DNA of 64,000 nucleotides from Schmidtea nova. Lineage: Eukaryota. Position 1 is the stretch's first letter; the number at the start of each line of letters is the position of its first letter. The notes below the pieces were generated by a model. It was given only the letters and a program-made list of their open reading frames with translations, made no database searches and was not told the origin of the DNA. The position numbers and the translations under genes are program-made. Of this stretch, positions 25,659-34,883 are shown in pieces. The stretch is from positions 136,896,001 through 136,960,000 of the forward strand of contig CM097883.1 of NCBI GenBank assembly GCA_044892505.1. The letters run 5' to 3'.

Positions 25659-27170
25659 ATGAATGAGTTAAAATTTGACTGCAGTATTTGTCTTGGAAGT
25701 AATTCCCAGAATGAGCAAGCAATCGTTTTACCGTGTCAACATAAATTCTGCTTGAGATGCATCAAAACTTGGATTTATGAAAATCCAACCTGCCCAATGG
25801 ATCGCTTAGATATCCAGAATTTATTATTTAATTCTAATAATACTTCTATACAAGACATTCTTATTGAATATATATTTGAAAACGAACAATTTTTAATAGT
25901 GAATATCATGCCGGAAATCAGTGACATTTTGCGACTCTTAGAAAACAAATTTAAAGAGTTTATGTCAATAGTGTTTTCTTTGAAAGCTCTCCAAGCAAAA
26001 TTCACAAAGAATGACTTTCAAAATTTGTTACTGTCTGTTTCTGACGAATCAAAACAACTGTTCAAAACATTCTCCATTGAATATCAAAGTATTACAAAGG
26101 AATACAAATACGATTTTTACGAGATCAATATAACAATAAAAAATCAAATAGATCATTTCAAGAACATCGTAAATTCCAAGTTCGAAAAACAAAAAAGGTA
26201 TCTCCTTAACAAGCCAGAACTCCGAGAACATTATCAATTTATGAACATGTTAATATATTGCTATGAATCTCTTGCCATTTTAAACAGATTTTTTTATAAT
26301 AAAGCAGATTTATTTAATTCGACTAATATTAAATTAAAAAATAATTCTTTCATTAGAATTAATGATAAATATATAATAAGAAATATTTGTGAGGATGTCG
26401 AAGACTTTGACAAACAAATTACGGCAATGAGATTCAATATTAAAATAATAAATTTTATAATAGTGAAAATTTCTAAGAAAAAACTTGTTAATAAAAAATC
26501 CAAAATGTTCAAACCTACCGAAAGTAAATGCAAACTATGTGAAAAAGATACCAAACTGAAAAAGAATGAAATTGCGTGTGACGATTGCAAAGTATTACAT
26601 CAATTTAATAGTGTAGTGTATGATAATTTATCCGAATATATCAAGGCAGAATACATTTGTTGGTTTAAGACTGTAATAAATTCATTTTTAAACAGTTTGA
26701 AATTATTTGAAATCAACATTCCCGATTTGCTACAACCAATCGATAATAGATTTGTAAATTTATCCAATCAGACATTTAATAAAGAATTAAGAACAAGTAT
26801 TATTCAATCAATTTCAATTTCAAATAAATTAAAATTTCTTTTTTATTTGTTTTTTGAAAATTATTTCACAATAGACAGTTCAAATAAAGAAAAAATTTCA
26901 TTATATCAAAATCTTGCAAGGGATTTTAGTAGGATATTTAACAGAATTCATTCTGTCGTGGTTATATTGAGTAACTCAGAAGAAAAAGTAATTTATTGTG
27001 AATCTGTTGACAATTGCGATTATGAAAATATAGAAAGAATTAAGAATTTTATTAACGAATTCATTTCAGATCTGAAAACATATCTTCAAAGTATAGAATT
27101 TAATTTAGAAGTAGAAGAAATTGACTTGTTTCGAGATTTATTGGAATATTTAAATAACTTTTCGTTATAA
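25659..27170 (+). CDS. Intronless RING-finger (C3HC4) protein, 503 aa, probable E3 ligase
   Basis: N-terminal CSIC..LPCQHKFCLRCIKTW..CPMDR; a second CxxC..CxxC pair mid-protein; long stop-free ORF in AT-rich DNA. Confidence 0.75.
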   Translation: MNELKFDCSICLGSNSQNEQAIVLPCQHKFCLRCIKTWIYENPTCPMDRLDIQNLLFNSNNTSIQDILIEYIFENEQFLIVNIMPEISDILRLLENKFKEFMSIVFSLKALQAKFTKNDFQNLLLSVSDESKQLFKTFSIEYQSITKEYKYDFYEINITIKNQIDHFKNIVNSKFEKQKRYLLNKPELREHYQFMNMLIYCYESLAILNRFFYNKADLFNSTNIKLKNNSFIRINDKYIIRNICEDVEDFDKQITAMRFNIKIINFIIVKISKKKLVNKKSKMFKPTESKCKLCEKDTKLKKNEIACDDCKVLHQFNSVVYDNLSEYIKAEYICWFKTVINSFLNSLKLFEINIPDLLQPIDNRFVNLSNQTFNKELRTSIIQSISISNKLKFLFYLFFENYFTIDSSNKEKISLYQNLARDFSRIFNRIHSVVVILSNSEEKVIYCESVDNCDYENIERIKNFINEFISDLKTYLQSIEFNLEVEEIDLFRDLLEYLNNFSL

Positions 27171-28087
27171 AATAAATTTTTTGTTTTATGGTTTAAAATT
27201 TTAACTCTTTTTTTTAATTGATTTTTTAATTTCGTTTTTAAAATTCATGTGAATACCTGTTAGAAAAATGTGCGAGTCAAAATGTTATTAATGTGACAAT
27301 AATTATTAATAAACCTAGTTGAACAGCCTCTAAAATAATTAAGTTATGATTAAAACAAATAGACAAGTGCACAATAATTTGATATTTGGCTCACATTTTC
27401 ATTTAATCTTTAAGTACAGTAATATAATATAAACTGTATTTCAAAATTTAAGATACAACTCGCAGCAGAATTTCATTAACGTATTTTCATTATATAATTT
27501 AAAGTTTTTTTCAATTTTAGGTGACTTGAAATATTTTTAAGATCAATTCTTAAAAAATAATTCTAAATATTAATTCTAAATAACAAAAACTTACGATTTT
27601 CAATTATAAAGTTCAATAAAATGTATGCCAAAGCCGTTTGTTAATTAAAAGTGTTTACTTTTCCTTTATTTTTCCTCTTATTATTTTAAGACGGACCTTA
27701 ATTTTTAAAATACTTTGACTGATTGTCCTAGTTATGGGAATATTTTATTATATGAAATGTATGTTGAGCATTATTGCCATGCTTTAGTATTTTTGCTGTC
27801 CTGCTTTATCTCTGTATCTTTTGTAAATAATTCTTTTTTTATAAATTTCCTATCGTGACTAGAAAATAGAGTGTAACAAAACACAAAATTTTATTAAACA
27901 TGAAATAGTTTTCTGGTGCTGGGTGCTGCGTTGAAATAGTTTGTTTGCTGAGCTCCATCTTTTCTTTATTCAATTTAACGTGCATTTTTTCTTTTTGCGA
28001 TTATTCTAACAACTCTTTATAAATATCTCAATATTTTTAATTTAATAATATATGGTATATAATATTTTTAGAATAATTTAAAATGTA

Positions 28088-28091
<4 letters not shown>

Positions 28092-28128
<37 letters not shown>
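28092..28128. repeat. (TA)n microsatellite abutting the giant element's left LTR
   Basis: Pure TA run immediately before the LTR's TG. Similar runs at ~18086 and ~23131. Confidence 0.95.
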
Positions 28129-28134
<6 letters not shown>

Positions 28135-28705
28135 CGGTTTCGGATGGGTTAAAACAAAAATAGAAAATGAATTAACAATTATTTTTAAACGCTCTAGGGA
28201 TTCCTCCATCCAAGACCTAACATAAAATGCTTACATATCACACGAGCACCCTCGATCATTTCCCTGTAATAATCGAGTTGGAAATGTGCAAGGTGTTTGA
28301 ACAATGATGGGCAGGTGAGCTCTATTGCTAAAACTACTCCCCATTTATGTTCACGGGTTCGTCTCGCTGCCGATAGAAGGACTTACGCTTTACTTTTATC
28401 TAATCGCATTCCTCATCTTTCATTTTAATTATTTCTTTTCTGCCCCCTGTCTTTATAATAATTCAATTTTTCTTTCAGCCCCCTTCTTTGCAATATCAAC
28501 AAATAATCTTTAATCAATTATAATATGTTATTTCTTTAATACTCTTATTGTTTATTATATTTATGTCAATCCTATTGTTAATTCTAATTTATATTTAATT
28601 CATTTGAAATTTTTAATAAATTACTTTATCTCATATACTTTACAATAAACTAAATACAAAGCAAAAATTAATTAATAAGCACAAATTTACAAATCACAAA
28701 AATTC

Positions 28706-29296
28706 CTATTCGAAATATTTAGTAATGTCTTCATCGGAGACTACCAAATTCATGGTTAAATCAATTTCCGGAATTTCTTTTGACTGTTGTGCCAATTGCT
28801 GAAGCACTTGCTTCTTCCAGCGACGCTGACGCGCGCCCATCTTGCTCTTCTTCTTCTTTTTACATTCTGGAATGGCTATACTATTTGGTGTAATTGCTGC
28901 TGTTGTTACTTGAACCTGAGATGGTTCATCTGTGTTTGTTCCTTTCGAACATCCGGATTTCTCTTCAGCCCAATGCTGACTGGTAATGGGTCTGATGAGT
29001 TGTCTTAACTCTTGATTTAAATAAGTAGCTGTCACCGATTTTAGGCACTTTTTCAGCTCCATCTTTGTAGCATCCAGTTCCATTTGCACTTCGCTGTTTG
29101 CTCGCTGTGAACGCTGGGTTTTGAGGATTTGTGCTTTCATTTGTTCTGGACTAAACCAGCTTTTCTTCAGGTTTGAAATTATACCATCGGCTTCTTTTAG
29201 TTTTTCGGATTTTCGCAATATTTCCTTTTCGAGGCTGCGAATTATCCGCCATGCCTTATCCAATTCTGCTTGATGATTTGTTGGGTTGAATGACAT
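28706..29296 (-). CDS. LTR-encoded 196-aa coiled-coil/basic protein (intact copy)
   Basis: ATG-to-stop ORF with heptad-like N-terminal half and basic KKKKKSKMGARQRRWKK segment. A homolog is present at 813-1367. Confidence 0.65.
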   Translation of the reverse strand: MSFNPTNHQAELDKAWRIIRSLEKEILRKSEKLKEADGIISNLKKSWFSPEQMKAQILKTQRSQRANSEVQMELDATKMELKKCLKSVTATYLNQELRQLIRPITSQHWAEEKSGCSKGTNTDEPSQVQVTTAAITPNSIAIPECKKKKKSKMGARQRRWKKQVLQQLAQQSKEIPEIDLTMNLVVSDEDITKYFE

Positions 29297-30152
29297 TTTT
29301 CTAGAATTCGAGATGATTTATCAACATGAAATTTGTTATTTGGTTTAAATGTATCTCCTGCTTTCCACGACTATTACTTGCTAATTTAGGAAGAGAAAAT
29401 GATATACCTATTATACTTTCAACACTGTCGCTATGTACAGCGATCAGATACCTTCATTTACTAATATGTTTTATTTATTTACGCCTGTGCTATATACAGC
29501 AATCAGGATAAGAAATTATTTAAATACAACTCAGATCTACTGCCCTATGTACAGGGTTCAGGATAATTAATCATATTTCATTAATGATTTAGCTGTGTTG
29601 AATCTTTGATCCTATAGCCTATTGATGCTATGCTACCTGCGTGGTAGATCACTACGCTATTAAAGTTATCGATTTTGATATTGTTATATTTAAAAGTATA
29701 TTTTGTACAAATTCTTAACCGTTGTATCTGCCGCTTTATGCCCACAAACCCCAGATGTGACAATCGAAAAATATAGGTTAACATTCTATTACTCCAAAGG
29801 TGGAATCAGATTAATAATAATCACATCTATTATTATCTTATGATAAAGTTTAACTCAATCCAAATACAACTTCGTGATACTCAAAAATCTATCATTGTCT
29901 AAAAAATGAAATCAGACTTCAACTGGTTATACTATCCAGCGATAATAATAATGTTAGAAATCATGGTTAATAAAAATTCCTACCCTCTTCACGGCGCTTT
30001 ACACCGGTCGGACGGCCTAACTGTACGGAGCAGTCATTCTACTCGGCACAGTATGCCTCCATTTCACCGATTTCACGGTGATCGGAGCCCCTTGAATCAT
30101 ACGTATATCTCTACTGTAACTACTGTACATAAATAATATATATATTCGCCTC

Positions 30153-30343
30153 CTTCCACTGATTGCACAGTGGAAGAAGCTCGACCCAAAAATTATTCAT
30201 AAAAGAATATATACTTGTTCGTAATTGTTAGCATAAACTGATACTGTTGCCTCCTTCCACTGATTACACAGTGGAAGAAGCTCAATAAAGTATAAATAAC
30301 AGATAAATAGAGTCGTCTCCTTCCCCTGATTTCACATTGGAAG
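30153..30343. promoter_or_regulatory. Three dyad/hairpin repeats CTTCCACTG-N6-CAGTGGAAG in the LTR
   Basis: Copies at 30153-30176, 30254-30277 and 30320-30343 (degenerate); repeated in the 5' LTR at ~51748-51941. Confidence 0.6.
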
Positions 30344-31169
30344 AAGCTTAAATAATTCTAAATTCAAAAAAATTATAAAGCCTATATAAAACTTCATAAG
30401 ATTTATTTAGGTTTAGATAATGTTGACAGAAATCATAAAAACAATAGCAACATAAAAATCAGAAATCCATACCTGTTAGCTTCAATAAAATTGTCTCGAC
30501 AAAGTTAGCACAAAATTTGCATATAACAATAATGCTTAAAAATATCATTAACTTTAACTGAATCTGGATCAGTATTTATACTGACCAGATCAAATGCTGA
30601 ACCAATCAGCTTGAAGCCGATCATCCGACCAGCACAAATAATAAATTTTTCTAAAAAATAAAATCGATTTAATTTGTTTTAAATCGTTAACTTTTCTTGT
30701 TTTAATTTCTAAAATTTTGTAATTCTTTTTCTTTATTATTTATTTACTTCACTTTCTTTTTATTTAAATACAATTATGTATCCTTTTCTTAATACTTTTA
30801 ATAATTTCAATTCTATTTCTTCTAATTCTTGCTGTTAAATTTATATAAATTTATTACTTTTAATTCATCTTTTTCTGAAATTTCTGGTAATTATATTAAT
30901 TTTAATTTATTCTTATTTATTTCTTATTATTCTTATTATTTATGCTAAATGTGGACCAAATGGTGGATCCAACATCACTCGGGGACCCCTAAAATTGCGT
31001 CCCGCAATTAATTATACAATATTACTTATATTCAACATTCAAAAAAAAATTTTTTACGCTTGGTACATAGGTATACAGATTCACATAAGGTGAGTTTATT
31101 CTACACGTAATCACGAAGAAAATATAAAGAAAATTCAGATAATTGTTAATCAAATGTTTTGTTAAGTAA

Positions 31170-31733
31170 TTATAGTTTATACCGATAGTTCATAACTCGC
31201 ACTGGATTGGACTGGTTCTGTGGAATTGCTGGTAACTCGTATTGGGTTCGTATTCTGTTGAGGTGATTTCTCGTTTGTCTTCGGGCATTGTCATCATGTG
31301 CTGTTGTTTGATTGATAATCGATTGTTTTTGTTTAAGAACTTTTATTCTGTATACTGCAATGAGAATGGTAATTGCGCTGGTTGTTGTACTAATTGTTAA
31401 CACGATTATAATCGCAACGATCCATCTCTCTTGGTATTGAATTTCTGCTCGATGTAAATTCTTTATAGTTTCTTTACTTTCTTTTAGGGTTTTTCGAATC
31501 TTCTCTAATTTGTTATTGATTTTGCACAGGGTTTGTTGCGTTGATACTGGGTTAGGTGCTGTTGACAATTGAATTTGAGAAATTTCTTTAGCTGTTTCTT
31601 TTAATAGATTATCTATTTCTTTATAGATTTTATAGGGTAAGACTTGTAGATTTTCTTTTGATATCGGACGGTCTTCTCTTTGTTGGGTGATTTCGATCGC
31701 GTTTAGGATCATTAGGATTGCGAGCCTCTTCAT
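31170..31733 (-). CDS. Accessory ORF6, 187 aa, predicted type I membrane protein
   Basis: N-terminal MKRLAILMILNAI signal-like peptide, helical ectodomain, hydrophobic WIVAIIIVLTISTTTSAITILIAVY followed by basic residues. Confidence 0.65.
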   Translation of the reverse strand: MKRLAILMILNAIEITQQREDRPISKENLQVLPYKIYKEIDNLLKETAKEISQIQLSTAPNPVSTQQTLCKINNKLEKIRKTLKESKETIKNLHRAEIQYQERWIVAIIIVLTISTTTSAITILIAVYRIKVLKQKQSIINQTTAHDDNARRQTRNHLNRIRTQYELPAIPQNQSNPVRVMNYRYKL

Positions 31734-32034
31734 TTTACTTTACAAATTTGTCAATACAGTTTGACATGGTTATTTTACAGATATTTACAACGAATTTTTC
31801 GCTTCTTTAAACTAACGACTCATTGGGTTCGTGAAAACCTTCATCTTGAGATTCCACTTGATTCGTAGGGAGTGGTAACCACACTATCGTGTTTCTCCAC
31901 ATTGTTACTTCATCCCGATAGAAGTGTGATAATTGAATTTCTTCATCCAATAGGTATTCCAAATAATTAGATTGCTCTGTCAACGCTTCGATCTGTTTTT
32001 CTAATTCTGTTATTTTGTTGTTTCTCTCTTCCTC

Positions 32035-32868
32035 TTACATCATTTTTATTACTGCTTTGGTGATATCTGTCTCTTTTGGTGGTGTTAATTTTTGTATCAA
32101 CTTTTGTTTCAATTCTTCGTTTTCTTTAGTTAAATTTAATAAATTTTCCTCATAGCTTTGTTTTGCTTCTTCCAATCTTTCTTTAGTTTTCTTTAATTCT
32201 ATCTTCTTTTGAGTGATTACTCCTTGATATCCATTTATATCGCGCTTCATGTCTTCCTCTTTCTGCATCCCTGCTCTGATTTGTGCGTCTACTTGTTGTT
32301 GACTAAGATATAGTTCTCTCCCTGTTATTTCAATCTGGTGTCTAAATTGTTTGATTTTCTTTGCTTGATCTCTGATGAATTGTTGTCTCTTTTTGTTCCA
32401 TTTTTTACTCGATATTTCCTGATAGGTTTTCTGTTCTAATTCCTCTTTTAATTTATCGATTTCTTCAAAAAATTTCCAATCATCACTGTACGCCGTTCTC
32501 TCAATTATTTCTCTTGCTTTCGTATAAGCTTCTTTCGCTTCTTTTTTCCAATATCTTGCTTGCTCGGTAATGGAGTACATTTTTCGTTCCATTTCTGTTC
32601 GTTCTCGCTCTCTTTCTTCTCGTCGTTCTTTCATCATCTTTTTATAATATTCTTTTTGTTTCTCCAATAATTCATATAGTTCGTCTATTTTATCTTGACT
32701 TAATCGCTTTAATCTTTTGGCTTCTTTTATTTGTTCGGCTTGTCTTTCTACTTCTTTTTGTTTGTGGTAATATGCGTGGATCCAACTTTCAATTTGTTCT
32801 AAATGCTCACAAATAACTTCATCTTGATGTGCGGTAACTTCTTGTAAACTGATTTCGACGTTTCCCAT
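32035..32868 (-). CDS. Accessory ORF5, 277-aa coiled-coil protein (MG- start)
   Basis: E/K/Q-rich heptads. The frame stays open for 42 more codons after the TAA. Confidence 0.7.
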   Translation of the reverse strand: MGNVEISLQEVTAHQDEVICEHLEQIESWIHAYYHKQKEVERQAEQIKEAKRLKRLSQDKIDELYELLEKQKEYYKKMMKERREERERERTEMERKMYSITEQARYWKKEAKEAYTKAREIIERTAYSDDWKFFEEIDKLKEELEQKTYQEISSKKWNKKRQQFIRDQAKKIKQFRHQIEITGRELYLSQQQVDAQIRAGMQKEEDMKRDINGYQGVITQKKIELKKTKERLEEAKQSYEENLLNLTKENEELKQKLIQKLTPPKETDITKAVIKMM

Positions 32869-32973
32869 TTTCTATAATTATAAATATTTTCAATCAGACT
32901 ACTTTTATTATTTTTGTTTATTTATCATTTTATGTTGTTTTGTACATTTTATTCACACGATCATTTTCTCTTG

Positions 32974-34407
32974 CTACGCCAACCATCCTTTTCTATCTGC
33001 CTTCTCGTTCCTTTCCATTTCTATGTATAAGGTATCCTCATACAATAATCCCCATATCTTGCTTTGTAATACAAAGTATGGTTCTCCACTTGCTAATCCA
33101 CATTCTTCTGTTGGTCTATTGCTCGTATCTACTCCTTTTTCTGTCGTGAATCTCTTTTCTATGGTTTCGTTTAAACCCCTGATTTTTATTATTACTCCTA
33201 CTCCTATTGGCCATTCGATTAAATCGTCATATTCTCCTTTGCAAAACGCAAAGAATATCGATACGTGTTTTCCAATACCTTTTCCATCTCCGTTTGGATA
33301 TACTTTCAATCTCACTTTAGCCCCGTTTTTCCATAAGTAAAATGGTGGGCTTATTACCGCAACTTTCTTGAAGCTTCTTGCATCTTCTAATTTATTTCGA
33401 AAATCCGTTATTTTCCACACATAAGGTGCTATTGGTAAATCTTTTTTCTCATCAATTTCTTGTATTAATTTGTTATATTGCACTTTCATTCCTTTTGCTA
33501 ATTCCTTGATGGCTATTATTTTCTTTTCCATCTTTTCTCGGGTTAATTCAAATTGTTCTCTCGTTTCTAATAATAGGTTCATCATTATTTTATGAGATTC
33601 TACTTCCTTTTCTAATTTCTGAATTGTTCTGTCTGTCATTTCAATATGATTGATTGCTTCTGTTTCTAAATGTTGTTTCATAGTTTGTTGAGATTTCTTT
33701 TCTTTGCATCCATATCTGTTGTAAGGACATTCTCTTGATATTTCTGTACACTTTTCCCAATGTTCTCGTAATTTCACTTCTTCGGTAGTTTCACATTTGT
33801 TTGGGCACACTCCTACATACTGTTCGCATATTTTCTCTTCTTTTATATTGATGTGCTCCTCTTCAATTTTTCTCCTTGTTTCTCGAATTTCGCAATATTC
33901 ACATGCGATTTCTTCCTCTTTGCATCCATCTCTGTGTTTCTCTTTGTCTTTTAAAATTATCGTTTCTTTACACTTTTCACATTCGCTTCTCTTTTCTTCA
34001 CAATTTTCTATATGATTTTCAATTTCGCTGATTTGTCCTTGCCATATGCACGGTGGATTTATACATTCAATTAATATGCTCATGATTTCTCTCTGAGTTG
34101 CTCTATCTGGTCTTGTTTCGTCTACCACTATTTGTCCTTCTTTACATTCTGGGCATTCTGTAATTCTCTTTAACTCTAACATTTGTACACATCTAGTGCA
34201 TAATCTACATCCACAGGCGGTTTGCTTTGGTTTTCGTAATAAATTATTACAATATCCACATAAAAATCTCTTGTTCCAATTTCTGTTTGCTGCTCTCAAA
34301 ATCTCGACTGCTCGTTCCTCTTTATCCATTTCTACAATAATATATACATACATTGATTTGTTCTTTGTTTTTGATTTTTCTAGAGTTTTATTTTTACATA
34401 TATACAA
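32974..34407 (-). CDS. TRAF-family protein (RING, TRAF zinc fingers, coiled coil, MATH); likely start ATG 34329
   Basis: CGYC..PKQTACGCRLCTRC..CPEC RING; CEYC..H..C and CPN.C..H..C zinc fingers; MATH motif YVWKITDF..SPPFY..KVRLKVYPNGDG.G.GKHVSIFF..GEYDDLIEWP. Confidence 0.9.
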   Translation of the reverse strand: MYICKNKTLEKSKTKNKSMYVYIIVEMDKEERAVEILRAANRNWNKRFLCGYCNNLLRKPKQTACGCRLCTRCVQMLELKRITECPECKEGQIVVDETRPDRATQREIMSILIECINPPCIWQGQISEIENHIENCEEKRSECEKCKETIILKDKEKHRDGCKEEEIACEYCEIRETRRKIEEEHINIKEEKICEQYVGVCPNKCETTEEVKLREHWEKCTEISRECPYNRYGCKEKKSQQTMKQHLETEAINHIEMTDRTIQKLEKEVESHKIMMNLLLETREQFELTREKMEKKIIAIKELAKGMKVQYNKLIQEIDEKKDLPIAPYVWKITDFRNKLEDARSFKKVAVISPPFYLWKNGAKVRLKVYPNGDGKGIGKHVSIFFAFCKGEYDDLIEWPIGVGVIIKIRGLNETIEKRFTTEKGVDTSNRPTEECGLASGEPYFVLQSKIWGLLYEDTLYIEMERNEKADRKGWLA

Positions 34408-34425
34408 TTTTCCGCTGCAATTTGA

Positions 34426-34761
34426 CTATGGTTCGCTCGTTGAATCTGGTTCCATACCATTCTCTAATCCATTTATTACCCAATCTAGCCATTGACCTTC
34501 TGATTCATCTCTTCTTGATAGTTGATTCATTTCCACTGTTTGTCTTAATCTCTGATTCTCTCTTGTTAGTTCTGTTATTATTCTCTGTTGCTCTTCTATT
34601 TTATGTAATTGTTCAAAAATATTGTTGTAACAATCTGCTAATATATTTTGCTTCTCTACCAGTTGATTCTGTAGTGTATTCATTGATCGAACTAACGTTT
34701 CACATTGTGCTTTCCATCGCATAATCATAGTCATTTCGGTTGTTTCTTCTCGTACATTCAT
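34426..34761 (-). CDS. Accessory ORF3, 111-aa coiled-coil protein
   Basis: ATG-initiated, Q/E/L heptads (LQNQLVEKQNIL..ITELTRENQRLRQ), packed between ORF2 and the TRAF gene. Confidence 0.55.
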   Translation of the reverse strand: MNVREETTEMTMIMRWKAQCETLVRSMNTLQNQLVEKQNILADCYNNIFEQLHKIEEQQRIITELTRENQRLRQTVEMNQLSRRDESEGQWLDWVINGLENGMEPDSTSEP

Positions 34762-34883
34762 TTTCTAAAATACATTATTATTTTTCTCTTTTCTCTTTTT
34801 ATATACTCTATAATACTAATACCCATACTATATACGGTAATGCTTTGTAATTTACAATATTATTTACAGTCATATCCCACCCT

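Larger units (their letters stand above)
28129..30974 (-). repeat. 3' LTR (2846 bp; TGTTG...CAACA)
   Basis: Direct repeat of 49728-52570 with only a handful of differences seen by eye; terminal TG...CA. Confidence 0.95.

Noticed and set aside
30153-30343. Hammerhead ribozymes in the LTR hairpins
   Set aside because: The CUGAUGA...GAAA core and three-way junction are absent; these are simple dyads.
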